A stretch of 64,000 bases of DNA from Gammaproteobacteria bacterium (GCA_965209035.1 OZ242372.1:1792001-1856000); one strand, 5' to 3'; shown: positions 33,284 through 44,006, numbered from the stretch's first letter. A program made the numbers and translations. Notes: generated by a model from the letters alone, not told the origin.

Positions 33284-35254
33284 ATGCATTTAAGTATGAA
33301 AAATGAAAAGAGAAAAGATATTGCGTTGTTTAATTTTTTATTAGAACAAAGAGCTTTTTTCAATGAATGGGAAGTTAATAAAACAGAAAATAAACAAGTC
33401 CAAGCGATCTTAGACAAGGCAAGTAAAAGGAATACGGGTAACAGAGGAGAACCGGATTTGATTTATGTTAATGAGCACAAAAGATTATTAATTTTAATTG
33501 AAAATAAAGATTCAGTAACCGCACATGTTACAAAGAATAGACCGGACCCAACTATCTATGCCGTAGACGGAGCAAAGCATTATTTAAAATTCTTTACACA
33601 AAAAGAGTTAGAAAAATTGGAAGAGACTCAAAAAAACTATTTTAAGAATTGGAAAATTTTGGGGTTGGCTGTTTCAGGAGATATTGATGATGTTTATATG
33701 CATAGAATAGATACTTTTTTTATAAAAGAGGGTGAGGTTTTAAGTTTAAATAATAATTCAATTTTGAATGAAGACGAGTATATAGCATTATTTGAAAACA
33801 TAGATGTTGAAAAAATAATTGAAAGAATTTCCAAATCATCAAACAACATAAATCAATTATTGCGAAACATAGACAGCCAAAAAAGGCCAATAGTTTTAAG
33901 TTCGCTAATGATTTGTTTATTTGATAATAAAGATTTTCAAAATGATTTTAAAGACAATTTTATGAGTTACAGACCTGCAACAATTATTACCAACATACCA
34001 AACACAGTAGACGTTGTTTTAGAAGCCGAGAATTTGCCAAAAGACAAGATTCAAGTTTTAAAAAATCAATTTGCATCTGCTATTCAAGATGATGCAGATA
34101 TTAAAAATACTGATCTATTAAAAGATATTTTAATAGAATTACAAAATAATGTTATTCCGTTATTTAAAACAAATACAAACTATGATATTATTGGAAAATT
34201 TTATGAAGAATTTCTTAAATATGCGGGTGTTACAAACATAAAGAATGGAATTGTCCTAACGCCGAGACATATAACCGAATTATTTACCGAACTGACCGAT
34301 ATTAAATTGGATGATGTCATTTTTGACCCAACTTGCGGAACAGGTGCTTTTCTTGTAAGCGGAATGAACAAAATATTGGAAGCGATAAACACTTCAAAAA
34401 TAAAAGACAAGCAAAAATTAAGAGATTCAGTAAAGGAAAAACAGCTCTTGGGAATTGAAAAGAACCCAACAATGTTTGCTTTGTCGGTATCAAATATGTT
34501 GTTTAGGGGTGATGGAAAATCTCGCATACATAACATAGACTTCTTTTCCGATGAAGCGGATCGTATTATTAATAAAATAAAACCAACAATAGGTTTTATG
34601 AACCCGCCTTACGGGGGGTTAGATAGTAAGAAGAAAAACCCCACAAAAAAAGAAATACAATTTTTGTGTAAATTATTAGATTCTTGTAGTCGGTATGTTG
34701 TTATCATTTCTCCGTTGTCGGTGTATTTTAAAGAAGCGGGTATAAGGAATTCTATTTTAGAAAAGCACACTTTGAAATGTGTAATCAACATGCCAAAAGA
34801 ATTGTTTCAACCAAACGCCTCTACTCATACGGCAATAGCGGTTTTTGAGACAAACAAACCACACAAGGGTAAAGAAGTTTTACTGTATGATTTAAAAGAT
34901 GACGGTTTTGTTTTGTCCAAACACAAAGGAAGGACCGATGTTTTAAACAAATGGAACTCAATAAAGAAAAAACTTTTCAAGGAGTTAGAAGAACCGGATA
35001 AATATACGGATACTCATCATTTTGTTAAAACAAAAATTCACAATGAAGATGAATGGATTATTCAGGCTCATTCCAAAACAGATTATTCAAGGTTAGACGA
35101 AAAAAATTTTTTAGATTCCATAAAAGAGTATATTATTTTTAAAACTAAAAAAGATATGAATTTATTGGATAAAGATTTAAATGAATTGGATATTATAGAG
35201 ATATTAAATAATTCCGGAATAGATGGCGAAACATTTTTTGAAAACGGAGACTAG
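33284..35254 (+). CDS. BcgI-alpha-like restriction endonuclease/N6-adenine methyltransferase subunit
   Basis: GEPDLIY...IENK nuclease motif, GIVLTPRH, FDPTCGTGAFL, GDGKSRI, MNPPY, DDGF. Very AT-rich. Confidence 0.87.
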   Translation: MHLSMKNEKRKDIALFNFLLEQRAFFNEWEVNKTENKQVQAILDKASKRNTGNRGEPDLIYVNEHKRLLILIENKDSVTAHVTKNRPDPTIYAVDGAKHYLKFFTQKELEKLEETQKNYFKNWKILGLAVSGDIDDVYMHRIDTFFIKEGEVLSLNNNSILNEDEYIALFENIDVEKIIERISKSSNNINQLLRNIDSQKRPIVLSSLMICLFDNKDFQNDFKDNFMSYRPATIITNIPNTVDVVLEAENLPKDKIQVLKNQFASAIQDDADIKNTDLLKDILIELQNNVIPLFKTNTNYDIIGKFYEEFLKYAGVTNIKNGIVLTPRHITELFTELTDIKLDDVIFDPTCGTGAFLVSGMNKILEAINTSKIKDKQKLRDSVKEKQLLGIEKNPTMFALSVSNMLFRGDGKSRIHNIDFFSDEADRIINKIKPTIGFMNPPYGGLDSKKKNPTKKEIQFLCKLLDSCSRYVVIISPLSVYFKEAGIRNSILEKHTLKCVINMPKELFQPNASTHTAIAVFETNKPHKGKEVLLYDLKDDGFVLSKHKGRTDVLNKWNSIKKKLFKELEEPDKYTDTHHFVKTKIHNEDEWIIQAHSKTDYSRLDEKNFLDSIKEYIIFKTKKDMNLLDKDLNELDIIEILNNSGIDGETFFENGD

Positions 35255-35263
35255 GGTACTAGT

Positions 35264-36205
35264 ATGAAAAATTTAAATTTAGAAAATTGGATGGCTTTTG
35301 AGATTCATGAAATTTTTGATATTAGGAAAGGAGAAAGATTGATTAAACAAGAAAGAATATCCGGCACAACTCCTTTGGTTGTTGCGAGTTCAAAAAATAA
35401 TGGTATTGTAGAATTTGTAGATTTTGATGTTTATAAAGAAAAGAAACAAATTTTTGAAAATGTGATTAGCATTGACATGTTTTTTAATGTTTTTTATCAA
35501 AAAGAGCCATTTTTCTGTGATGATAACGTTCATTGCCTAACTCTAAAATGTAATCAGAAATTAAATGAAAAATTGGCATTATTTTTGATATCTGTTTTAA
35601 AAGTTAATGCGAGTAAGTATGATTTTGGAAGACAATTGAGATTAAAAAGGTTGAATGAAGAATATATAAAATTACCAACAGATGAAAAAGGAAACCCGGA
35701 TTTGGATTTTATGGAAAATTGTATTAAAGATTTTTCAGTGAAAATAAAATATGGTAGGAGTTTAAATTTTATAGATACGGGACTATTAAAAAAATTAAAA
35801 TATGGGGGAGATACATGTGTCCATCCGAGGATTCCGGGCGTAAAAAAAGATGTTTACGCAATATACGCAAGAGCAAAATTAATTGAAACCTTGGCACCGG
35901 ACGCTTCTGCTGTCCTCGCTCGAAAATGCTTGGAATCCATGATCCTGGATTTTCATAAGATAGAAAGATTAAAAACTACAGCCGATGGTAAAACTAAAAA
36001 TAAAACTCTTGCTGATATGATAAAAGAAATAGAATCTCGTATTGATATTCAAATAAAAGATGCTTTCGAAAATTTATGCAAAGTGGGTAATATGAGCGTG
36101 CATATGGAAGAACCATCAAATATCATCCAAGACGACATTAATCCGGAAGAAGCAAAAACCTTGCTGGACTTAATTGAAGTTCTCTTCCAAGAGTGGTATC
36201 AATAA
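35264..36205 (+). CDS. Specificity subunit (single TRD) fused to a DUF4145/HEPN-like domain
   Basis: N-half W..FEI.EIFDI.KGERL...SSKNNG...YDFGRQ...IKLP...PD..FME is TRD-like. C-half ASAVLARKCLE...TLADMIKEI...KVGNMSVH is DUF4145-like. Confidence 0.75.
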   Translation: MKNLNLENWMAFEIHEIFDIRKGERLIKQERISGTTPLVVASSKNNGIVEFVDFDVYKEKKQIFENVISIDMFFNVFYQKEPFFCDDNVHCLTLKCNQKLNEKLALFLISVLKVNASKYDFGRQLRLKRLNEEYIKLPTDEKGNPDLDFMENCIKDFSVKIKYGRSLNFIDTGLLKKLKYGGDTCVHPRIPGVKKDVYAIYARAKLIETLAPDASAVLARKCLESMILDFHKIERLKTTADGKTKNKTLADMIKEIESRIDIQIKDAFENLCKVGNMSVHMEEPSNIIQDDINPEEAKTLLDLIEVLFQEWYQ

Positions 36206-36837
36206 AAACATAACAAAAAAGAACGCTTAAAAAACCGGGTAATATCTTGAATAAGAAAAACCAATAAACATCACTATCACTTAATTACTCAACGCAAACT
36301 AATTAAGAATCACAAAAAGAAAGCGGCCATCATGACTCCTATTTTTTACCGTTGTTATTCTCTCAATATAAACTATCGTTGCTACTTGGAGAACATCCTA
36401 CTTCTAAGACATCCGCATCCTCAATCTTCCCGGTAATCCGTTTTCTCTGAACAACATACCGGTGCTTGAGGAACGAGAACCCCGTTCCATTTTTATGAAC
36501 TTTTTATCCGGTGTTCCCGGATTTCGGAAATACTTGACAGATACTTGCCGGATATCTAGAATATGTTTGACCGATACTTGAACGACTTAATGTTAATTCG
36601 TGCGGGTAATCGGAACAAGAACATACTTTGTTTTCTTTGATGCCGTCCCGATGTTTGGGGGCAGAAATGCCAGGCCTTGGCGGGCATGCCCAAAATGCCA
36701 CAAACACCGTAAATATCACAAACGCCAAAATAATGTAAAATAATATGATGTGTGTGGTTCCGTTCGTTCATTAATAATGATGCTGCTACTTGAACCTCCG
36801 CAAACGCTATTTTTATTTGATAAGAAAGGACAGATAT

Positions 36838-37851
36838 ATGAGTGAACAACAATTTGGTTGGGGGCTAATTGGGGCAAGTACCATCGCTTCCGAATGGATG
36901 ATCGGTGCAATCAACGCCCAAAAAGGGAATCGGTGTGTCGGCGTTTTTAGCTCGAATCCGCAACGCGGACGGGATTATGCCGCCAAAAACGGCATGGCAA
37001 AACATTATGAGAACTTGGATGCTCTCTTGGCGGACGAAGAAGTCCGGGCGGTTTACATTTCCACGACCAACGAACTGCACAAAGAACAATGTCTGCGGGC
37101 GGCGGCGGCCGGCAAGCATGTTTTGTGTGAAAAACCCTTGGCAATGTCCGTGGCGGATGCGACGGACATGGTGAGAGCCTGCGAGAAGGCCGAGGTGGTC
37201 ATGGCAACCAACCACCATTTGCGTAACGCCGCTTCGCATTTGAAGATTAAAGAACTGACGGATGCGGGTGAAATCGGCGAGGTGATTGCCGCACGTGTTT
37301 TTCATGCGGCTTACTTGCCGGTACATTTGCAAGGATGGCGGTTGGAACGGCCGGATGCCGGCGGCGGTGTCATCCCGGATATTACGGTGCATGATGCGGA
37401 TACGCTAAGGTTTCACTTGGACGAGGACCCGGAGGAGGTGGTTGCCTTGGAACAGAATACGGGCATGGGTAAAAACAAATTGGAGGACGGCGCGATGAGC
37501 GTGATGCGTTTTCCTTCCGGTGTCATCGCCCAGACACACGAATCGTTTGCCGTGCGTTATGCCGGCAGCGGTTTTGAATTGCACGGGACGCGCGGCAGTA
37601 TTATGGCAACAGGCGTGATGACTCAGCAACCCAAAGGTAAAATTCGCCTCATTAATGAACAGGGCGAGCGGCCGGTTGAATATGCCCCGCACAATCTTTA
37701 CGAGAGATCCTTGCGTTTGTTTGCGGCTGCGATGTGCGGCCAAGGCCGGCCGGCCGCGGACGGCACGGACGGCGTTAAGTCGCTTGCGGTGGCGTTGGCC
37801 GTCAAAGAGTCTTGCCAAACTGGCAAGGCTGTTCGGGTTCGTTATTCGTGA
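36838..37851 (+). CDS. afr: 1,5-anhydro-D-fructose reductase (Gfo/Idh/MocA)
   Basis: WGLIGASTIA, STTNELH, NHHLRNA, ARVFHA.YLP.HLQGWRLERP.AGGGVI.DITVHDADTLRF match the rhizobial AFR sequence as I recall it. Confidence 0.85.
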   Translation: MSEQQFGWGLIGASTIASEWMIGAINAQKGNRCVGVFSSNPQRGRDYAAKNGMAKHYENLDALLADEEVRAVYISTTNELHKEQCLRAAAAGKHVLCEKPLAMSVADATDMVRACEKAEVVMATNHHLRNAASHLKIKELTDAGEIGEVIAARVFHAAYLPVHLQGWRLERPDAGGGVIPDITVHDADTLRFHLDEDPEEVVALEQNTGMGKNKLEDGAMSVMRFPSGVIAQTHESFAVRYAGSGFELHGTRGSIMATGVMTQQPKGKIRLINEQGERPVEYAPHNLYERSLRLFAAAMCGQGRPAADGTDGVKSLAVALAVKESCQTGKAVRVRYS

Positions 37852-39443
37852 AGAAACTCGTTTCCGCGGGACAAGCGGCTTCTTTTATTAAAGACCGGGC
37901 GGTTTTAACCGTCTCTTCGTCTTCCGGCCTGGGATGCCCGGATGCTTTGCTAAGCGCACTGGGAAACAGGTACCGAAAGGAAAATGCTCCAAACGCGCTC
38001 ACCTCGATCCATCCTATTGCGGCCGGCGACATGTATGGTATTAAAGGCATAGACCATATCGCACAGCCGGGGCTATTGGAACGAGCCATTGCCGGCTCCT
38101 ATCCCAGCGGCCCTTCGTCCTTGCCGATGCCGGCAATTTGGCGGATGATTACCGAGGATCGATTAGCGGGATACAATTTGCCATCCGGGATTCTCTTTGA
38201 TATGCATCGGGAGGCGGCGCGCGGCGGCCCCGGTGTTTTAACTCGGGTGGGTCTCGATACCTATGTGGATCCAAAACTCGAAGGCGGGGCGATGAATGCC
38301 AAGGCGGCCGCGGCTCCTTTAATGCGGCGCGTGACATTTGAAGGCGAGGAATGGTTATTCTTGCCGGTGATTCGTCCCAATGTGGCATTTATCCGGGCGA
38401 CCACGGCGGATACGCACGGCAACCTAACCTATGAACACGAGGGGGCTGTTCTTGGCGCTTTGGATCAGGCAATTGCGGTTCGCAACAACGGGGGAGTGGT
38501 TATCGCGCAGGTCAAACGCCTGGCCGAGCGCGGCAGTTTGAATACCCGGGATGTGCATGTCCCCGGCCATCTGGTGGATCATGTCGTGTTGGACGGGGAG
38601 CAGCGTCAAACAACGCAGACCGATTACAACCCCGCGATTTCGGGCGAAGTGCGTGTCCCCTGGGAGAAACTGGAAACACATTTGCCTTATGGTGTGGAAA
38701 AGGTGATTGCCCGCCGTGCGGCGACGGAGTTGAGCGTGGGAGATGTAGCCAACCTCGGTTTTGGCATTTCGGCGACAGTTCCTTATATCCTTGCCGAGGA
38801 GGGGATGCCTCTGGCGGTCACCTGGGTGATTGAACAGGGGGCGGTCGGCGGTTTGCCGGCATTGGATTTTGCTTTCGGTTGTGCTTCCAATGCGGATGCG
38901 ATTATCCCAAGTCCCAGTCAGTTTAATTTCTTCCAAGGCGGCGGGTTTGATTTTTCGTTTCTGTCTTTCTTGGAAGTGGATACGCACGGCAATGTGAATG
39001 TTTCCAAACTGGCAAAGCGCCCTTACCTGACTGCCGGCTGTGGCGGGTTTGTGGATATCACGAGTAATGCGCGCAACCTGGTGTTTGGCGGTCTTTTTGC
39101 CGCGGGGGCGGATCTCACCGTGAGTCCCAAAGGGGTCCGCGTCAACAAACAGGGCAAGTTCGCAAAATTTGTTGAAAAAGTAGAGCAGGTTTCTTTTTCC
39201 GGGAAACGGGCTGCGGAACTCGGGCAGAATGTTCTCTATGTTACCGAGCGTTGTGTGATGAAACTCACTCCGGCGGGATTGGTGATTATCGAGAAGGCGC
39301 CGGGTATCGATCTAAAGAAAGATGTTTTGGAACAGATGCGTGCCGATGTTAAGGTGGCGGACGAGATCAAAGATATGCCTCTTTCACTTTTTGGCGAGGG
39401 GCGAGTTGGTCTTTCTCTTGCGTCCTCGTCCGGTTCAAAATAA
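37848..39443 (+). CDS. Acyl-CoA:acetate/3-ketoacid CoA transferase (YdiF/Pct-like)
   Basis: VGLDTYVDP, NLGFGI, EQG, GNVNVS, GGFVDIT, YVTER. GTG start overlaps the afr stop. Confidence 0.88.
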   Translation: MKKLVSAGQAASFIKDRAVLTVSSSSGLGCPDALLSALGNRYRKENAPNALTSIHPIAAGDMYGIKGIDHIAQPGLLERAIAGSYPSGPSSLPMPAIWRMITEDRLAGYNLPSGILFDMHREAARGGPGVLTRVGLDTYVDPKLEGGAMNAKAAAAPLMRRVTFEGEEWLFLPVIRPNVAFIRATTADTHGNLTYEHEGAVLGALDQAIAVRNNGGVVIAQVKRLAERGSLNTRDVHVPGHLVDHVVLDGEQRQTTQTDYNPAISGEVRVPWEKLETHLPYGVEKVIARRAATELSVGDVANLGFGISATVPYILAEEGMPLAVTWVIEQGAVGGLPALDFAFGCASNADAIIPSPSQFNFFQGGGFDFSFLSFLEVDTHGNVNVSKLAKRPYLTAGCGGFVDITSNARNLVFGGLFAAGADLTVSPKGVRVNKQGKFAKFVEKVEQVSFSGKRAAELGQNVLYVTERCVMKLTPAGLVIIEKAPGIDLKKDVLEQMRADVKVADEIKDMPLSLFGEGRVGLSLASSSGSK

Positions 39444-39463
39444 GTTTAAACCGGTACACAGAC

Positions 39464-40249
39464 ATGCCCGCCCAATCTTCCGTTTTACGTACCGAGAGAA
39501 AAGAAAACGCCTTGGTGGCGGTTATTGATAACCCGAAGCGAGCCAATGTCTTAACGAGAGAGGCATTGCAAAGGTTGGAGGAATTGACAGATGAGTTGGA
39601 TGCGGACAAAGATCTGCGTGCGATGATCATTACGGGTAGCGGCGACAAGGTCTTTTGTGCCGGTGCGGATATCGGTGAGTGGTCATCCATGTCGCCGCGT
39701 GACTATGCGAACGAGTGGATTGGTTTGGGACATCGCGTTTTTGGCAGGCTGGCACATGCCGCCAAGCCGGTGATCGCGGCGATTAATGGCCATACTTTTG
39801 GCGGCGGTCTGGAACTTGCGGCCGCGTGTGATTTGCGAGTTGCGGTACGCGATAAGTTGTTCGGCTTGCCCGAACTCTCTCTGGGGATCATCCCCGGCTG
39901 GTCCGGCACACAGCGTCTGGCACGCGAACTGCCGCCGGCTCTGTTGCGGGAGATGCTTTTTACCGGCTTTCGTCCGAATACCGCCAGGATGCGCCAACAC
40001 GGGTTTGTCAATACGGAGACGGAAGCCGGTCAGGCACTCGAAGTGGCACTGGCGATGGTTCGCAATATTGCCGAACTTGCCCCCGTAGCGGTGGAAACCG
40101 CAAAGAAGGCTGTCGGGCTTGCAATGGGTGAAAATAAGGAGATGTTGGCGGAGATGCTTGCCGGCGGCTTGGTTGCCGCGACCTATGATGCAAAGCACGG
40201 CACGGAATCTTTTAAGAATAAACAGACGCCGGCTTGGAAGGGTGAATAG
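39464..40249 (+). CDS. Enoyl-CoA hydratase/isomerase
   Basis: FCAGADI, GGGLELA, PE..LGIIPGWSGTQRL. Confidence 0.9.
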   Translation: MPAQSSVLRTERKENALVAVIDNPKRANVLTREALQRLEELTDELDADKDLRAMIITGSGDKVFCAGADIGEWSSMSPRDYANEWIGLGHRVFGRLAHAAKPVIAAINGHTFGGGLELAAACDLRVAVRDKLFGLPELSLGIIPGWSGTQRLARELPPALLREMLFTGFRPNTARMRQHGFVNTETEAGQALEVALAMVRNIAELAPVAVETAKKAVGLAMGENKEMLAEMLAGGLVAATYDAKHGTESFKNKQTPAWKGE

Positions 40250-40290
40250 GCAAGGCGAATAAGCAAGTAGAATAAACGAAAGACATATAT

Positions 40291-41823
40291 ATGCCGGAAA
40301 GCTCTTTTAAGGATTGGAATATCTGCCATGGCGAAAGAATTCGCCCTCTGCCCGAAAAAATATTTACGGGCAAACTGTTAATCAACGGCGTCCGACAAAA
40401 CGCAAAGTCCGGCAAGATGTTTGAAACCCGAAGCCCCGCCCACGGCATTCCCGTTGGCAACTATGCGGAAGCGGGCACGGAAGATACGGATTTGGCAATG
40501 GCGGCTGCGCGCCATGCTTTTGACGAAGGACCCTGGCCGAAGATGTCGGGCAAGGACAGATCTGCTATTCTAAAAAGGGTTGCAGTTTTGATTTTAGAGA
40601 GAATCGAGGAGATTGCGTTTTACGAATCTTTGGAGAGCGGCAAGCCCATAGTGCAGGCAAGAGATGAGATTCAAATCGCCGCGGATCTGTGGGAATATGC
40701 GGCGGCACTTGCGCGGAGCGATCAAGGTGGCAGTCACAATAACCTGGGCGAAAATGTCCTGGGGTTAACAATCCGAGAGCCGGTCGGGGTGGTGGCAATG
40801 ATCATGCCTTGGAATTTTCCGCTTCTCATCGCCTGCCAAAAACTTCCGTTTGCTTTGGCGGCGGGATCTTGTTGTGTGCTAAAGCCATCCGAGTTAACTT
40901 CCGCCAGCACGGTAATGCTTGGTGATATTCTTCTTGCCGCCGACCTGCCGCCGGGTGTTGTGAATATATTGTTAGGCAAAGGAGACCCGGTCGGACAGGC
41001 AATGATTTCACATCCGCAGACGGATATGACCTCGTTCACCGGTTCCACCCAAGTGGGCAAGGCGGTATTGCGTGCATCCGCGGAGCGTATTAATCGCACC
41101 TCGTTGGAACTTGGTGGCAAAAACCCACAGGTCATTTTCCCGGACTGCGACTGGCAGGCCATGACAGATGCGGTCGTTTTTGGTATGTGTTTTAATGCGG
41201 GCGAGTGTTGTAACAGCGGTTCGCGTGCTCTTGTGCATCGGGATATAGCGGAGAGGTTTATTGAGGATGTGGTGAGTCTGGCGTGCAAGGTTCCTTTGGG
41301 GGATCCGTTGCATCCGTCTGTCAAGATGGGAGCCATCATTTCCAAGCAGCATTATGCCAAAATTACGGGCTATGTAAAGGAGGCAACTGAGAAGGGGGCG
41401 AGGGTTTGTCTGGGTGGAGACAGTATTCGGATTACGGGGGCGGACGGATTGTTTTATCCGCCGACGGTTCTCGCGGATCTTTCCGCGGACATGCCGGCGG
41501 TGCGCGAAGAAATTTTTGGTCCCGTTCTTTCGGTGATCCCTTTTGCCGATACGGAGGAGGCAATCCGTTTGGCAAATGACAGTCCTTACGGGCTTTCCGC
41601 GGGAGTTTGGAGTCGCGATATAGAAACCTGCATGCGGTTCGCCCGACAGGTAAAAGCCGGAACCGTCTGGGTGAACGGCTGGATGGATGGCTTTGCCGAG
41701 TTGCCTTTCGGCGGCTTTAAGACCAGCGGCTTGGGGCGCGAACTCGGCCATGCCGGACTGCACGAATTTCAAGAAACCAAGACCATTCAACTTCACGGAC
41801 CGGAGCGCGGACGCTGGTTATAA
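40291..41823 (+). CDS. NAD(P)-dependent aldehyde dehydrogenase (sorbosone dehydrogenase-like)
   Basis: PWNFP, FTGST, LELGGKNP, GECCNSGSR, EEIFGPV. Confidence 0.92.
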   Translation: MPESSFKDWNICHGERIRPLPEKIFTGKLLINGVRQNAKSGKMFETRSPAHGIPVGNYAEAGTEDTDLAMAAARHAFDEGPWPKMSGKDRSAILKRVAVLILERIEEIAFYESLESGKPIVQARDEIQIAADLWEYAAALARSDQGGSHNNLGENVLGLTIREPVGVVAMIMPWNFPLLIACQKLPFALAAGSCCVLKPSELTSASTVMLGDILLAADLPPGVVNILLGKGDPVGQAMISHPQTDMTSFTGSTQVGKAVLRASAERINRTSLELGGKNPQVIFPDCDWQAMTDAVVFGMCFNAGECCNSGSRALVHRDIAERFIEDVVSLACKVPLGDPLHPSVKMGAIISKQHYAKITGYVKEATEKGARVCLGGDSIRITGADGLFYPPTVLADLSADMPAVREEIFGPVLSVIPFADTEEAIRLANDSPYGLSAGVWSRDIETCMRFARQVKAGTVWVNGWMDGFAELPFGGFKTSGLGRELGHAGLHEFQETKTIQLHGPERGRWL

Positions 41824-42027
41824 CCCGACTCCGCTCCGCGTCTATTCACTTTATTGAGTGTTGAGCGTCAGTTTTATTCAAAGCAAGTAAGGATGCGGCT
41901 TTTATACGGATGATGCCTGTGGGCGGCCGAATCAAGCAAGGCGAGTGCAAGTTGGTGACCGCATCCGGCATCACTCAACTTCAGAAATAGCTTCGGAAGA
42001 TTCTTTATCCTTTATAATAAAAAAAAT

Positions 42028-42915
42028 ATGAGAGAAAGATTACAAACAATGCTTCCCAAACTGGTGCTATCGCCCAGTTTGGTGTTGATGTTGGTATTCG
42101 TTTACTTTTTCATTCTTTGGACGGGTTATCTTTCGTTCACCGATTCCAAATTTTTGCCTTCTTACGGCTGGGTCGGCGATGCCAATTATGAGAGACTGTG
42201 GGGTCTGCGTCATTGGAAAACCGCTTTAACCAACCTGGCTATTTTTGGCTTTCTTTACATCTTCATATGCACTGTGATTGGCCTCCTGTTGGCAATTCTT
42301 TTGGACCAGCAGATTCGCGGCGAGGGCGTTTTGCGTCCTTTGTATCTTTATCCGATGGCATTGTCTTTTATTGTTACGGGGACGGCATGGAAGTGGTTTC
42401 TGGATCCGGGCATAGGTGTTGAACACATCATTCAAAGTTGGGGATTTGAAGACTTTGGTTTTAGATGGATTAAGAGCCGCAGTATGGCGATTTATTGTGT
42501 GGTTTTGGCGGCGGTTTGGCAAACATCCGGTTTTGTGATGGCGATGTTTCTTGCGGGGCTCAGAGGGATTGATGGTGAAATTCTTAAGGCGGCTCAGGTA
42601 GATGGCGCACGCAGTTGGCGACTTTACCTGCGAGTTGTGTTGCCATTGCTTAAGCCAATCTTTCTTTCCGTATTCGTCATTCTGGGGCATTTGGCTATTA
42701 AGTCCTACGATCTTGTGATTGCTCTTACCAACGGCGGCCCCGGGCGGGCAACCGAATTGCCGGCAACATTCATGTATTCTTACACATTTACCCGCAATCA
42801 AATGGGTGTGGGTGCGGCATCGTCTATTGTGATGCTGCTCATGATTGCCTCAATTATCGTTCCCTATCTTTACGCGGAAATCAAATCGCAAAGCAGGAAA
42901 GAAGAACAAAAATGA
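42028..42915 (+). CDS. Carbohydrate ABC transporter permease 1 (GtsB-like)
   Basis: LYPMALSFIVTG, EAA-like loop KAAQVDGA, multiple TM helices. Confidence 0.92.
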   Translation: MRERLQTMLPKLVLSPSLVLMLVFVYFFILWTGYLSFTDSKFLPSYGWVGDANYERLWGLRHWKTALTNLAIFGFLYIFICTVIGLLLAILLDQQIRGEGVLRPLYLYPMALSFIVTGTAWKWFLDPGIGVEHIIQSWGFEDFGFRWIKSRSMAIYCVVLAAVWQTSGFVMAMFLAGLRGIDGEILKAAQVDGARSWRLYLRVVLPLLKPIFLSVFVILGHLAIKSYDLVIALTNGGPGRATELPATFMYSYTFTRNQMGVGAASSIVMLLMIASIIVPYLYAEIKSQSRKEEQK

Positions 42916-43778
42916 ATACAAACAGACTACCGGAACTATTGGGCAGAGTTCTTATTTACGCGGTCCTGCTATTTTTTGTGATCTTTTATAGTTTGCCCTT
43001 ATATGTCATGCTGACGAATTCGTTCAAACCGCTTAGCGAGATACGCTCCGGCGGGATGCTTTACTTGCCGGATGTTTTTACCGTGGCGCCGTGGCTTAAG
43101 GCATGGTCCACCGCACAGATTGGCGTGGAAGCAACCGGGTTGCGTATTTACTTTTGGAATTCCATCAAAATGGTTGTACCTGCCGTTATCATTTCCACAA
43201 TCATTGGCGCGCTCAACGGTTATGTTCTTACCAAATGGAGATTTCGCGGTCATAACCTGATATTCGGGATGCTGTTGTTTTCCTGTTTTATTCCTTTTCA
43301 AGCCATTCTCATTCCGACCGCTCGCTTGCTCGGGCTTCTGGGGTTGGCAGGCACCACATCCGGCCTGGTTCTCGTGCATGTTGCCTATGGCATTGGTTTT
43401 ACCACCTTGTTTTTTCGCAACTACTATATGGCATTCCCGGATGAATTGATGAAGGCCGCCCAGGTAGATGGCGCGGGTTTCTTTACGATTTTTACCCGTA
43501 TTTTGTTACCGACATCCTTGCCGATTATCGTCGTTAGCGTTATCTGGCAGTTCACCAATGTTTGGAACGACTTCTTATTCGGCGCTTCTTATTCAAGTGC
43601 CTTATCGCAACCCATGACCGTGGCACTTAATAATCTGGTCAGTTCCTCCACAGGCGTAAAAGAATATAATGTCCATTTTGCCGGAGCCATCATGGCGGCT
43701 CTGCCGACTCTGGTGGTGTATGTCGTGGCGGGCAAGTATTTTCTGCGCGGGCTGATGGCCGGCTCGGTCAAAGGTTGA
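42912..43778 (+). CDS. Carbohydrate ABC transporter permease 2 (GtsC-like)
   Basis: KAAQVDGA, WQFTNVWNDFLFG, GLMAGSVKG. Confidence 0.92.
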   Translation: MNTNRLPELLGRVLIYAVLLFFVIFYSLPLYVMLTNSFKPLSEIRSGGMLYLPDVFTVAPWLKAWSTAQIGVEATGLRIYFWNSIKMVVPAVIISTIIGALNGYVLTKWRFRGHNLIFGMLLFSCFIPFQAILIPTARLLGLLGLAGTTSGLVLVHVAYGIGFTTLFFRNYYMAFPDELMKAAQVDGAGFFTIFTRILLPTSLPIIVVSVIWQFTNVWNDFLFGASYSSALSQPMTVALNNLVSSSTGVKEYNVHFAGAIMAALPTLVVYVVAGKYFLRGLMAGSVKG

Positions 43779-43818
43779 GCGGCCGGGTTTTTGGAAGGTC
43801 TGCCCGTTTGGATTAGGT

Positions 43819-43993
43819 CGATTTTATTTTTATCATTTTTCTATAGATAGTTTGCTACTATGAGTTTTTTACAAATTAATCATTTATACAAGAGTTTTGG
43901 CAGTGCCAAGATTCTGGATAACATTGATCTTGCCGCGAAAGAAGGCGAGTTTCTTGTCTTGGTCGGCCCTTCGGGCTGCGGTAAATCAACGCT
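43819..43993 (+). repeat. Copy 1 of a 175-bp direct repeat (copy 2 at 45574-45748)
   Basis: Manual alignment gives 6 mismatches over 175 bp. The repeat covers the upstream region and 5' end of the ABC ATPase gene. Confidence 0.95.
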
Positions 43994-44006
43994 ACTTTTA
44001 TTATGA
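43860..44006 (+). pseudogene. 48-aa truncated duplicate of the ABC ATPase N-terminus (possible leader ORF)
   Basis: MSFLQINHLYKSFGSAKILDNIDLAAKEGEFLVLVGPSGCGKSTLLLL*. The stop overlaps the ATG at 44003. Confidence 0.85.

Noticed and set aside
33019-36800. Classical tRNA-integrated island with attL/attR
   Set aside because: No duplicated tRNA-Ser 3' end was found downstream of the R-M genes, and there is no integrase.
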